Shown here: positions 52,756-62,032 of the stretch, in pieces
How the letters are laid out: each line of letters opens with the position of its first letter
Numbering within the stretch: the first letter of the stretch is position 1
Source of the DNA: an uncultured delta proteobacterium
GTDB taxonomy: Bacteria; Desulfobacterota; Zymogenia; Zymogenales; Zymogenaceae
DNA: 64,000 nucleotides
Assembly (NCBI GenBank): GCA_963735595.1
Contig: CAVTLK010000002.1
Coordinates: 64,001-128,000 of the forward strand
Direction: 5' to 3'
The notes under the pieces: model-generated
Database searches by the model: none
Told to the model about the DNA's origin: nothing
The model's input: the letters and a program-made list of their open reading frames with translations, nothing else
Translations under genes and position numbers: made by a program

Positions 52756-53500
52756 TTACCTGAGGGTCGTCATGAGGACGCTGAAAAGATCGGTCCCCAG
52801 CAGCAGCCATGAGATGAGCCCCGTTACGGCCGACAGGGCCGTGCTGAATATGCGAAACGGATCCAGGAAGAGGATGGCCACAACGATAATCATCCCGAAC
52901 GGCTCGATTTTTGAGTAGGCCCGCGCCGCGCTCTCCGGGAGCAGACCGACGGCGATCCTGCCGCCGTCCAGCGGGGGGATGGGTATCAGGTTGAAGATTG
53001 CAAGAATCACCGACAGGAAGAAGGTATAGAAGAGTATGTAGGCGGCCGAAACGCCGAGGGCGGCGAATACAGCCCGTCGAGGCGCCGTTCGACATAATCT
53101 GCCCGATCAGGCCCGGATTGGCCAATAGCAGGAGCCGGATCAGGACGGCCGCGATCAGGGCGATGAGTATGTTGGTGGCCGGCCCCGCCAGCGCCACGAG
53201 GGCCATCCCCCGCTTGGGATTCCTGAGTCGCATGAAGTTGACCGGGACGGGACGCGCATAGCCGAAAACGAATCCCGCATTGAGGAGAATAAGTATCCCG
53301 GGGATGAGGATCGTCCCGACCGGGTCGATATGGGGCAGGGGATTGAGGGTAAGCCTTCCCATGTCCCGGGCCGTCGTATCCCCGAGCTTGAGGGCGATGT
53401 ATCCGTGGGCGACCTCATGAAAAATCACCGCGATCATGATCGGGATGATCCAGAGGAGCGCCTCCCTGACGATTGAGAGTATGTCCAGAATAACCTCCAA
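52756..53500 (-). CDS. Site-2 protease family (M50) membrane metalloprotease (frameshift near 53050)
   Basis: HEVAH, RLTLNPLPHID, ALAGP and FNLIPIPPLDG motifs. Confidence 0.9.
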
Positions 53501-53666
53501 AATGACGCCGCGCCGCGCGCCGTGTCGTCACGTCCGTGTCATGTCCATGTCCATGTCATATACCGACGGTCCGCCGGTAAAAATGCCGCATCATCCGCGG
53601 CCGCGGTATCGCGCGATGGTTAAACCATGGTTAAACCCTATTATAACCACAGCGGAAAGCCGTTCG

Positions 53667-56375
53667 TCAAGGAGAAATTACGCGGGCGGCCGGTTCCCGC
53701 TGCTTACAATAGGTCTTCCTGACGTAAGAGATCTCCGAACCCCGATCGGCGACCTTTCCATCGAGCCGCTGCATCAACAGGTCATTCAAGATAACCGAGA
53801 AGATCTCTCCCGGCTCGATGCCGAGGGATCGGAGATCGTCGCCGGTTACCTCCACCCGCATCGCCTTGAGACGGGTGATGAAAAGCGAAATATAGCGCCG
53901 GATCGCATCCCTCGGGATGATGGCCATCATAAACAGGAGCGTTTCGATCCCGAGGGGGTTGAGTATCCGGTGTATCTCGCTGGGCGCAAGCTCCCGTGCC
54001 ACCGAAAGCATCCGCATGGCCGGCGCAACCCCGTCCAACTGCCCGATCATCTTTTTCTGTTCCTGCTGGCCGATCATGAGGCGCGTGAGGATTTCCTTTC
54101 TTTCGTCTCCGACCAGCTCCCAGATCAGCGCAAACAGGAAGAGCCTCCTCTTATCGTAGGCCTCCGGAAGAAAGAGGAGATCGTACCAGGAACAGACCTC
54201 GTGCATCTTCGAGAAACGGGCCTCCATCTGTTCTGTGGTCTTGAGGTTGCGATGGATAAATTTGAGCAGGTCGAACGAGGAAAGCCGCTCGATGATGGCG
54301 TACGGGTCTTCCTCGTCGAAGATGAGATCGAGCTCAGAGAGGAGCCGGGCCCCGGCAAGCCTGTCGAAGACGTTGAGCTTGACGGCGTTCTTGATGAGCT
54401 TTTCGGTCTGCTTCCCGATGGTAAAATCGAATCGTTTTTCAAAACGGACGGCGCGAAATATCCTCGTGGGGTCCTCGACAAACGAGAGGTTCTGTATGAC
54501 CCGTATGACTTTTTCCTTTAAATCCCTGATCGCCCCGAAGAAATCGATGAGCGTTCCAAACCCCTTGGGATTGAGCTTTACCGCAAGGGTGTTGATGGTA
54601 AAATCGCGCCGGTAGAGGTCCAGCTTGAGAGTCGACCCCTCGACGACCGGGAGCGCCCCGGGGTACTCGTAGTACTCCGTTCTGGCCGTGGCGATGTCCA
54701 CCTTGAAACCGTCGGGATAGACTGCGACGGCGGTCCCGAACTTTTCGTGCGGCCTGACGTGCGCCCCGATCGTCTGTTCGAGGCGCCGCGCGAAGGCGAT
54801 ACCGTCACCCTCGATGACGACGTCAATATCGAAATTGTCCCGTCTCAGCCAGAGATCCCGAACAAATCCACCGACGGCATAGGCGTTGAAGCCCAGGTCG
54901 TCGGCGGCAATCCCGAGATTTCTCAGGATATCCATGATGCGCGGAGTCAGCCGCTCCTCCATCAGCTTGACCACGGATTTCGTGCGCATGAGGGAGCCGG
55001 CCTCCAGCTCGTCGTCGGGCGAGTGGCCGCGGGGCGCGGCGCCGTAGTAAAGGGCGCGCAACAGGTCGGTCCTGGTAATCGCTCCCATGAGCCGGGAATC
55101 GAGCACCACCGGCAGGAAACGCTGGTTCCCGTCGATAATCAGGGCCTGGATATCCCTCAACGGGGTCTGCGGCGTGACAGTGGCGACCTCGGCGTTCATC
55201 AGCTCGCGAACGGGCAGTTCCCCGATGCCGTGGAAGAGCCCCCGCTCGATGGTCTGGCGGGAGATCGTCCCCAGCAGGCGGCTGTCGCCCTCCACCACCG
55301 CCAGGACATTGACATTGTATCGGGAGAGCATCTCGGCGGCGTTCCTGAGGCTCATGTCGGGGTGGACGGACTTGACCGGGAACGACATGATCTCGGCGGC
55401 GGTCCTCACGGGGTTCACCTGTTCGTGAAGCACCCTGATGAGCTTTTCCTTTGCCTCGACGATCGTCAGACCGGTAATGGAGGCCGACGCGGCGGTCGCG
55501 TGCCCGCCGCCGCCGAAGGCCATCGCGATTTCGCCCACGTCCACCTCTTCAAGACGGCTGCGGGCCACCAGATACGTCCGATCGCCCAGGAGCGCCAGGA
55601 CGAGCAGGACGTTCAGGTTTTCCATGTCCTTGATCTTGTGGACGAGAACGGCGAGATCGCCCACGTAGGACTCCTTGCTGATGGCAATGATGGTTACGTC
55701 AATTCCGTTTACCGTATGGGTCTCGCGGTTTCTCAGAAGCTCCCCGAGCATCTCGACCTGATCGGCGGTCAGTTCCTGGGTGAGCATGTCCGATACGATG
55801 CCCAGCTTGGCGCCGCTTCTCAGCAAAAAGGCCGCCGCCGTGAGGTCTTCGGGAGTGGTGGAGGTAAACGTCAGAGAGCCGGTATCCTCGTAGATACCCA
55901 GCATCATGATCGTGGCCTCGTCGGGGGTCAGCGGTATGGCCCGTTCTTCGATGATCTTGGCGAATATCGTCGTCGTGGCCCCCGTTGGACGGATGACCTG
56001 GAGAGAGCCGGCTATGTCTTTCTCGCTGTCGGGGTGATGGTCGTAGATATGGACGTCGATGTCGGGTTTCTCGAGGAGCCGCCTGAACGGCCCGATCCGG
56101 TCTGCCTGGCGTATGTCCACCAGGATAAGCCGGTCAATCGCGTCAAAATCCACGTCCTTGATTCGCACGAAATCGAAGGCGTAGAACGTGGAGCGGACGA
56201 AAAAATCCCTCAAACCCTTTTCCTGTGAACCGGAAAAGGTCATCATGGCGTCGGGATAGAGCTTCTTGGCGGCCAGCATCGACGCCATTGCGTCGAAGTC
56301 CGCGTTGACGTGAGTGGTTATTACTTCCACGACACGGCTCCCGGGCATGCCCCTGGGGGTAGGCCCGTTATTCAA
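53667..56375 (-). CDS. DHH/DHHA1 + CBS-pair + class II tRNA nucleotidyltransferase (probable A-adding enzyme)
   Basis: THVNADFD, YDHH, GGGGH, two CBS domains, VGGFVRD..DIDV, DLYRRDFTIN and EDPTRIFR. Confidence 0.92.
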   Translation of the reverse strand: MNNGPTPRGMPGSRVVEVITTHVNADFDAMASMLAAKKLYPDAMMTFSGSQEKGLRDFFVRSTFYAFDFVRIKDVDFDAIDRLILVDIRQADRIGPFRRLLEKPDIDVHIYDHHPDSEKDIAGSLQVIRPTGATTTIFAKIIEERAIPLTPDEATIMMLGIYEDTGSLTFTSTTPEDLTAAAFLLRSGAKLGIVSDMLTQELTADQVEMLGELLRNRETHTVNGIDVTIIAISKESYVGDLAVLVHKIKDMENLNVLLVLALLGDRTYLVARSRLEEVDVGEIAMAFGGGGHATAASASITGLTIVEAKEKLIRVLHEQVNPVRTAAEIMSFPVKSVHPDMSLRNAAEMLSRYNVNVLAVVEGDSRLLGTISRQTIERGLFHGIGELPVRELMNAEVATVTPQTPLRDIQALIIDGNQRFLPVVLDSRLMGAITRTDLLRALYYGAAPRGHSPDDELEAGSLMRTKSVVKLMEERLTPRIMDILRNLGIAADDLGFNAYAVGGFVRDLWLRRDNFDIDVVIEGDGIAFARRLEQTIGAHVRPHEKFGTAVAVYPDGFKVDIATARTEYYEYPGALPVVEGSTLKLDLYRRDFTINTLAVKLNPKGFGTLIDFFGAIRDLKEKVIRVIQNLSFVEDPTRIFRAVRFEKRFDFTIGKQTEKLIKNAVKLNVFDRLAGARLLSELDLIFDEEDPYAIIERLSSFDLLKFIHRNLKTTEQMEARFSKMHEVCSWYDLLFLPEAYDKRRLFLFALIWELVGDERKEILTRLMIGQQEQKKMIGQLDGVAPAMRMLSVARELAPSEIHRILNPLGIETLLFMMAIIPRDAIRRYISLFITRLKAMRVEVTGDDLRSLGIEPGEIFSVILNDLLMQRLDGKVADRGSEISYVRKTYCKQREPAARVISP

Positions 56376-58035
56376 ACCAGCGCCGGGAGAGCCTCTTGAT
56401 CGTTCCGTCGTCTTCCATCGAGTTGAGGGCTTTGTCGATCATTCCGATAAACGCCGGGTTACCCGGACGCGGCATGGCCACGCTGTAGGCGGAGATGACT
56501 ACCGGCTTTTCAATCATCACGAAGTCGTCTTCGTCCAGGAGATCTAAAAACAGGAAATCGGCCGCGTTCCTGTCCACAATCGCGGCGTCCACATCGCCCC
56601 GGTCAAGCGCAAGCAGGCAGATCTCGGCCGACGAATATCCCTTGTAGAATATTCCCGGAAGTTTCCGAACGTAGATCTCCTCCGCGCTGCCGGCCACGAC
56701 CCCGACCTTTTTGCTGATCAGCTCGAAGATCTCCCTGGGGACCAGCTTATTCTCCCTGACCAGGAGAACCGATTCCACGATTCCCCACGGCTCGCCGAGC
56801 AGGAAAGAGGCGGCCCTCTCCTCGTCGATGATTACCATCGGCTCGATATCGGACCGGGTGGCCGCGAGCCCGCTGGGGATTCGGGTCCCCGAGAAGGAAT
56901 TGAAGACGACTTCCCGGCCCAGCCTCTTTCCCACTTCGTTCATGACGTCGATGATATACCCTACAAGGCGGCCGTCCTCGTCGATATATTCATAGGGCGG
57001 CATGGTAACGTTAAGGGAAACGACGAGCCTGGTCTTCCGGCGCTCCGGCAGGTAGTCGGGCACTTTTACCTTTCCCGAGGCCAGGAGCGATTTGCGCTCG
57101 ACGATCCTCTGCCTGTCGCCGGCGTCGATGCCGGCCGAAAGACCGGAAAGGTCAAGCCCCCCGTTTTCGAAGCTCATCGGGTACACGCCGCCGATCGCCT
57201 TGCCCTCGAGGGCATTGGTAAGTAGCTTGCTCACGATGATGTCGTACCGATAGATAACGGAGGCGGCAACGTTTTCACCCGAGAGCTTCCTTTCGTCGTT
57301 GGCCAGCCCGACGATTTTCATCTTCATCTTCTTGGCCGCGGAGATACCGCCGATGCCGCCGGTGGCCGACACGATAAAGACGGTATCGGCCCCTTTCTTG
57401 GCCAGCCTCGTGACGGCCTCGTTTGTCTTGTCCCGGTCGTAGAGGCCGTTGGTGTCCCCTTCCTTGGCAACGTAGGCAACGTGAGGCTCGGCGTTTTTGT
57501 CGGCATCCATTACGCCGCCGTTAAACCCGTATTCAAAACGCTTGACCGGGTCAAAGGGAGCGCCGCCGACGAACGCGACCTTCTTTGTTGTGCTGATCGT
57601 CGCCGCGATATAGCCCGCCAGATACCCCGCCTCGTCCTCCTCGAAAACGACCGAGGCCAGGTTGGCCAGCGGGGCGCCCTCGGCGCCGATGAGTATGAAC
57701 CGGACATCGGGGTTCGACCGGGCGGCCTCGACGAGCGCGCCGCTCATCCCCGCTTCGTCGGAGGCAATCACGACGTCGGGCCCGAGGGCCAGGAGGTCTC
57801 CAACGGTTTTATCGGCAAAGAGGTCGAGGCGAGGGACCCTGACGATCGTGGCCTTTCTTTCGGCGCCGATCCCGGCCAGGACCTTGCTTATCGCATCGTT
57901 ATACCCGCCGTCTCCCATGCCGCGGCTGTCCATGATCCAGCCGATCGTCGGGGGTGATTCGGTATCCTGCGCAAGACAGAGAGGAACGATTGAAAGAAGG
58001 AAGAAAACAAATAACGACAGTCTGAGGCGCTTCAT
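56368..58035 (-). CDS. Periplasmic fusion of a BMP/PnrA-type binding domain and a polar amino-acid SBP (family 3) domain
   Basis: Signal peptide; GMGDGGYN, EDEAGYLAG and KVAFVGG, then PPYEYIDEDG..VGY, LDRGDVDAA and DDGT. Confidence 0.8.
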   Translation of the reverse strand: MKRLRLSLFVFFLLSIVPLCLAQDTESPPTIGWIMDSRGMGDGGYNDAISKVLAGIGAERKATIVRVPRLDLFADKTVGDLLALGPDVVIASDEAGMSGALVEAARSNPDVRFILIGAEGAPLANLASVVFEEDEAGYLAGYIAATISTTKKVAFVGGAPFDPVKRFEYGFNGGVMDADKNAEPHVAYVAKEGDTNGLYDRDKTNEAVTRLAKKGADTVFIVSATGGIGGISAAKKMKMKIVGLANDERKLSGENVAASVIYRYDIIVSKLLTNALEGKAIGGVYPMSFENGGLDLSGLSAGIDAGDRQRIVERKSLLASGKVKVPDYLPERRKTRLVVSLNVTMPPYEYIDEDGRLVGYIIDVMNEVGKRLGREVVFNSFSGTRIPSGLAATRSDIEPMVIIDEERAASFLLGEPWGIVESVLLVRENKLVPREIFELISKKVGVVAGSAEEIYVRKLPGIFYKGYSSAEICLLALDRGDVDAAIVDRNAADFLFLDLLDEDDFVMIEKPVVISAYSVAMPRPGNPAFIGMIDKALNSMEDDGTIKRLSRRWFE

Positions 58036-58102
58036 AATTCCTCCGGATAATAATCTGTTGTCGGACGGCGCCGCGATCGGCGCCGTGGGCGTATCGGTGT
58101 TA

Positions 58103-59257
58103 CTAAATATATCCGTCCATCAGCTCACGGATCTTGGCCGCGGCGTCATCGGGCCCGGTGACGGCCAGCCGGTCCCGTATCCGCTCGGCCCGCATCCGCA
58201 CGTCCGGGTCCGAAACGTCTCCCACGGCGCGGGCAATCCCCGCGCGGCGCGCCAGCACGAAGAGGAGCCGCTCCGGCCCGGGTAGCGACAGATAGCGGTC
58301 GACGACCGAAAGGAGCCGCTCACGGTCATCGGGGAGCTTCCCCTCGATCTCCTCGAGGAGGTTGAGGATGTGGTCGGACGCGATATAGCTCGTGACGCCC
58401 GAGAGCGTCTCCAGGAAGAGACGGATCTCGGCGGCTACCCCGTCGTCGGTAAGCAGCTCGAACTCGCCCGAGTCGACGGCGTCGGCCAGCGGCATGACCC
58501 GGTGCACGTGGAGCGACCGGAGCCGGATAAAGTGCGGGTTGATCTCGTTGATCACCCGGGCCGTCTCGGTCGCGTGCTCCTTTGTCCAGCGTTTGCCCCC
58601 GAGCCCCGGCATGACGTATTCCGAAAGCTCCAGCCCCGCCCCCACGACGTTGAGACCCCCCCTGATATGGGTGTCGGCGGTCGATCCCTTTTTCATGTAT
58701 TTGAGCACGTCGTCTGAGCCGCTCTCCATGCCGATATGGACGCGGGTAAGTCCCGCTTCTTTCAGGGAGGCGAGGTCATCCGGTTTCATCCGGGCGGCGG
58801 TGGCCGACCGGGCATAGGTCGTGACGCGGCTGACGTTCGGAAACGCCCGCTTGAGATGGACCAGCACCGCGGCGACGTCGGCTGGTTTCATGACCAGGCT
58901 GTCGGCGTCCTGCAGAAAGACGCTTGCGCCGCCCGATAAGAGCCAGAAGGCGATATATCGCGTTGCCTCTCCGCCCCCCAGCGCGCCGGAGAAGACCTCC
59001 CGGGCCACGGCCTCGGTAACTTCCCCACCCTCGCCCATGCGCCGCGAGAGGGCACGGATCTGGTCGGCGGCGGCCGCCATCGCGTCGATGTCGCCCGTGA
59101 CGTCGTCAACGTCACGCAGCGAAAAACGGGCGTCCTTGTAGACCGGGCAGAAGGCGCACTTGTTCCAGGGGCAGTTGCGGGTCAGGCGGACCAGCAAGCT
59201 CTTCGCCTCGCTCGGCGGCCGGATGGGGCCCTGTTCGAAACTCGGTGAAAACGCCAT
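58103..59257 (-). CDS. Radical SAM protein
   Basis: CPWNKCAFC (CxxxCxxC); GPIRPPSEA, FLQDAD, HIGMESGSD and SDHILNLL motifs. Confidence 0.92.
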   Translation of the reverse strand: MAFSPSFEQGPIRPPSEAKSLLVRLTRNCPWNKCAFCPVYKDARFSLRDVDDVTGDIDAMAAAADQIRALSRRMGEGGEVTEAVAREVFSGALGGGEATRYIAFWLLSGGASVFLQDADSLVMKPADVAAVLVHLKRAFPNVSRVTTYARSATAARMKPDDLASLKEAGLTRVHIGMESGSDDVLKYMKKGSTADTHIRGGLNVVGAGLELSEYVMPGLGGKRWTKEHATETARVINEINPHFIRLRSLHVHRVMPLADAVDSGEFELLTDDGVAAEIRLFLETLSGVTSYIASDHILNLLEEIEGKLPDDRERLLSVVDRYLSLPGPERLLFVLARRAGIARAVGDVSDPDVRMRAERIRDRLAVTGPDDAAAKIRELMDGYI

Positions 59258-59317
59258 AATTTTTTAAGTATAACAGACAGTGACCGGTGATGTCAATCAG
59301 AAGGAATTTGGGATTCC

Positions 59318-59476
59318 GAGTTATGGGGACACCACGCTTAATTCCGATCCTTTCAGATTTGTCGGAGGGTCTGACGAATTACGTATGGTATCTCCATAGC
59401 TCTCCCCAGAGTTTGTCTTGCGGTGACAGTCGGGGGATTGCCGCGTCGGCCCCTATGGGGCCTCCTCGCAATGACA
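59318..59476. repeat. Cluster of two REP-like palindromic elements
   Basis: GGGGACA-family inverted repeat at 59318-59402 and GGATTGCCGCG...CTCGCAATGAC at 59432-59476. Confidence 0.7.
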
Positions 59477-59591
59477 CCCGGAATACACTCCAGCCCGGCT
59501 CCGCACGGCGTTGCCTTTCGCCGGACTATTTTTTCTTGACTTACCCCGCAATTTGGGCTAATGAAGACCTTTAAACCATTACGGATTTTTC

Positions 59592-60338
59592 ATGGATTTC
59601 TATTTCGGCGGGAAGGCGGCGCTCGTCACCGGCGGTTCCAGGGGGATCGGCAGGGCGATCAGCCTGGCGCTGGCGGCCCGCGGCGCGTACGTCCTCGTCA
59701 ACTATTCGAGCGACGAAGCCGCCGCACAGAAGACTGTCTCCGAGATCACCGCGTCGGGGGGAAAGGCCGTTGCCGTCAAGGCGGACGTGGCCGACGCGGG
59801 AGAGACCGAGGCAATGTTCGGCATGATCCGCAAAGACCCGGGGCGGCTCGATATCCTCGTCAACAACGCGGGCATTATCAGGGATAAGCTCCTCATGTTC
59901 ATGGGGACCGACGACTGGGACCGGGTGATCGCCGTCAACCTCACGGGGGTCTACAACACCGCGAAATCCGCATCCCGGCTCATGATCGGCCAGAAATATG
60001 GTAAAATCATCAATATCGTCTCGCCGTCGGCCATCGTCGGCCGCGCGGGCCAGACGAACTACGCCGCGGCCAAGGGGGGCGTGATCAGCTTTACGAAGTC
60101 GCTGGCCAGGGAGCTTGCCCGCTTTTCGATATGGGTCAATGCCGTCTCGCCGGGGATCATCGAGACCGAGATGCTGGGCGGCATCCCCGACGACCTGAAG
60201 GCGACGTTTCTGGAGGCAGTCCCGATGGGCCGCTTCGGTACCCCCGAGGAAGTGACGGGCGCCGTCCTTTTTTTGGCGTCGGAGCGGTCAAACTATATAA
60301 CCGGCCAGGTCGTCTGCGTCGACGGCGGCCTGACATGA
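59592..60338 (+). CDS. fabG: 3-oxoacyl-ACP reductase (SDR)
   Basis: TGGSRGIG, NNAGIIRD, GQTNYAAAK and PMGRFG motifs; adjacent to an ACP. Confidence 0.85.
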   Translation: MDFYFGGKAALVTGGSRGIGRAISLALAARGAYVLVNYSSDEAAAQKTVSEITASGGKAVAVKADVADAGETEAMFGMIRKDPGRLDILVNNAGIIRDKLLMFMGTDDWDRVIAVNLTGVYNTAKSASRLMIGQKYGKIINIVSPSAIVGRAGQTNYAAAKGGVISFTKSLARELARFSIWVNAVSPGIIETEMLGGIPDDLKATFLEAVPMGRFGTPEEVTGAVLFLASERSNYITGQVVCVDGGLT

Positions 60339-60400
60339 TATAATGATACGATGACGGCGGTGTAACTGCCGGCCCCGGTATTACCATCAAGGAGGACTAT

Positions 60401-60667
60401 TTGGAAGACAAAAAGGCGCTGGCCGAACGGCTCAAGAAGCTCATCATCGAGAGCCTCGGGCTCGAAGACGTTACCCCCGCAGACATCAAGGACGACGACC
60501 CGCTCTTCGGCAACGGGCTGGGGCTCGATTCCATCGACGCGCTGGAGCTGGTGGTGGCCCTGGAGAAGGAATTCGGGATCATCATCGCCGACGAGGAGGT
60601 GGGAAAGAAGATATTCGTTTCCATCAACACACTGACCGACTTCGTGGCAACGGAACGAAAGGTGTGA
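60401..60667 (+). CDS. Acyl carrier protein (secondary, non-AcpP type)
   Basis: LFGNGLGLDSIDALEL with the phosphopantetheine Ser; AAGGAGG RBS; TTG start. Confidence 0.92.
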   Translation: MEDKKALAERLKKLIIESLGLEDVTPADIKDDDPLFGNGLGLDSIDALELVVALEKEFGIIIADEEVGKKIFVSINTLTDFVATERKV

Positions 60668-60768
60668 CCGGTTCGGCCGTTTCGCCCCGGCAGCGGGCGA
60701 CCCGGCGGGCCGAAGGAACCCGCCGTCCCGGCGGGGCGGCGACTGCCGGGGCCCGTAATAATTCCGCC

Positions 60769-61215
60769 ATGAAATTTACCAAAAACGATATAACCGCCGT
60801 TATCCCCCACCGGCCGCCGATCCTGCTGATCGACGCGATCGAAGAGGTCGAGTTCGGCAAGCGGGGCGTCGGGGTGCGGCGGATCGATGCGGACGACGAT
60901 TTCGTCGGCGCATACCTCCCCGGGCAGGAGATCATGCCCCGGACGATGCTGATCGAGGCGCTGGCCCAGACCGCGGCCTTCGTGGCCGCGGGAGGCAAGC
61001 TCATGCCGGGCGCCGATCAAAAAGACTATCCCACGGTCGGGTACCTCGTCAGGCTCAAGGATATCGTCTTCTCCGGGGACGCAAAGCGGGGCGACACGAT
61101 ACGGCTTTCCGTGGACCTGGTGTCGTCTCTCGGCTCCATCTATAAGTTCGCCGGGGTCGTCACGGTCGGCGATGCCGAGATATGCCGCGGGAGCCTCACC
61201 TTCTCGGTTGCCTGA
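60769..61215 (+). CDS. FabZ/FabA-like hot-dog fold dehydratase homologue
   Basis: IPHRPPILLID, IEALAQ and GDTI motifs; the catalytic His position is Tyr. Confidence 0.82.
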   Translation: MKFTKNDITAVIPHRPPILLIDAIEEVEFGKRGVGVRRIDADDDFVGAYLPGQEIMPRTMLIEALAQTAAFVAAGGKLMPGADQKDYPTVGYLVRLKDIVFSGDAKRGDTIRLSVDLVSSLGSIYKFAGVVTVGDAEICRGSLTFSVA

Positions 61216-61236
61216 CGGACTATAATCAGAAACATG

Positions 61237-61267
61237 AAAAAAGCCCTCGCAAGCGAGGGCTTTTTTG
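61237..61267. terminator. Bidirectional intrinsic terminator
   Basis: A-run, GCCCTCGC-AA-GCGAGGGC hairpin, T-run, between convergent genes. Confidence 0.92.
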
Positions 61268-61292
61268 CGTCCTTTTTTACGGGCGGCCGGCC

Positions 61293-61949
61293 TCAGTCTA
61301 TTCCGTGATACCCGCCCGGTCCCGTCATATGGAGCTCCGGGGGGAGAATCACGCCATTGAGGTAGAGGGCCGTCACGCCGTATTTCTTCTCCACGACGAA
61401 GACGCCCGTTGAGCCGTCGTTCCATTGTGCGGTGATCGTTTTACCGTCAAAGATATAGGTCCCGAAGACCGGCGGGTAGGTGACGACCTTCTCGCCCCCG
61501 CCCACGAACGTGGATTCGATAAACTTGGCGGTCATGTCGGGGTAAAACGAAAAGGTAATGTTGGGGGCGTCGTAGTACATCGGCCAGTCGCCGAGGATAT
61601 CGGAAAGCGCGGCCGGGGACGGCGCGGTTGCCCGGTAGTCGCTCTCGGAGGGGATGGACATACGCGTGTCGCTCTTGACGTATTTACCGAAGACGTAGCC
61701 ATAGGTACCCTTATAGATGATGTAGTACCAGTAGCCGGTAAAGCCGTCGATGGAGTCCGTCGCGTCGGTATGGGCCAGCACCTCGATGCGGGCGCCCTTG
61801 TTCAGGGTCCCCACGACCGCGGCGTCCGTTGTGGGCTTTTCCCGGATCCTCAGGGCGTCTCCGGTGATCGTAGCGTTTTCGGCGGCGCGGGCATCAAGCC
61901 CGGCCGCGAGGAAAAGCAGAAGGGCGATAATAACCGGGTATCCTTTCAT
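61293..61949 (-). CDS. Secreted bacterial SH3-domain protein with an extra C-terminal domain
   Basis: Signal peptide MKGYPVIIALLL; LRIREKP..VVGTL..G; W...GYVFGKY. Confidence 0.82.
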   Translation of the reverse strand: MKGYPVIIALLLFLAAGLDARAAENATITGDALRIREKPTTDAAVVGTLNKGARIEVLAHTDATDSIDGFTGYWYYIIYKGTYGYVFGKYVKSDTRMSIPSESDYRATAPSPAALSDILGDWPMYYDAPNITFSFYPDMTAKFIESTFVGGGEKVVTYPPVFGTYIFDGKTITAQWNDGSTGVFVVEKKYGVTALYLNGVILPPELHMTGPGGYHGID

Positions 61950-62032
61950 AACAGCACCTATGCCATGTCTATTAACGTGAAAAGCGGGCGCCGACGGCCG
62001 GCCCCCCCGAAGAAAACGGGACATCCGCGGCC

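Noticed and set aside
54747..56228. Long antisense ORFs (for example 54747-56228, 62186-63553, 12106-13305, 33245-34399, 60397-61425)
   Set aside because: They are shadows of well-supported genes on the opposite strand, expected at high GC3, and show no recognisable motifs.
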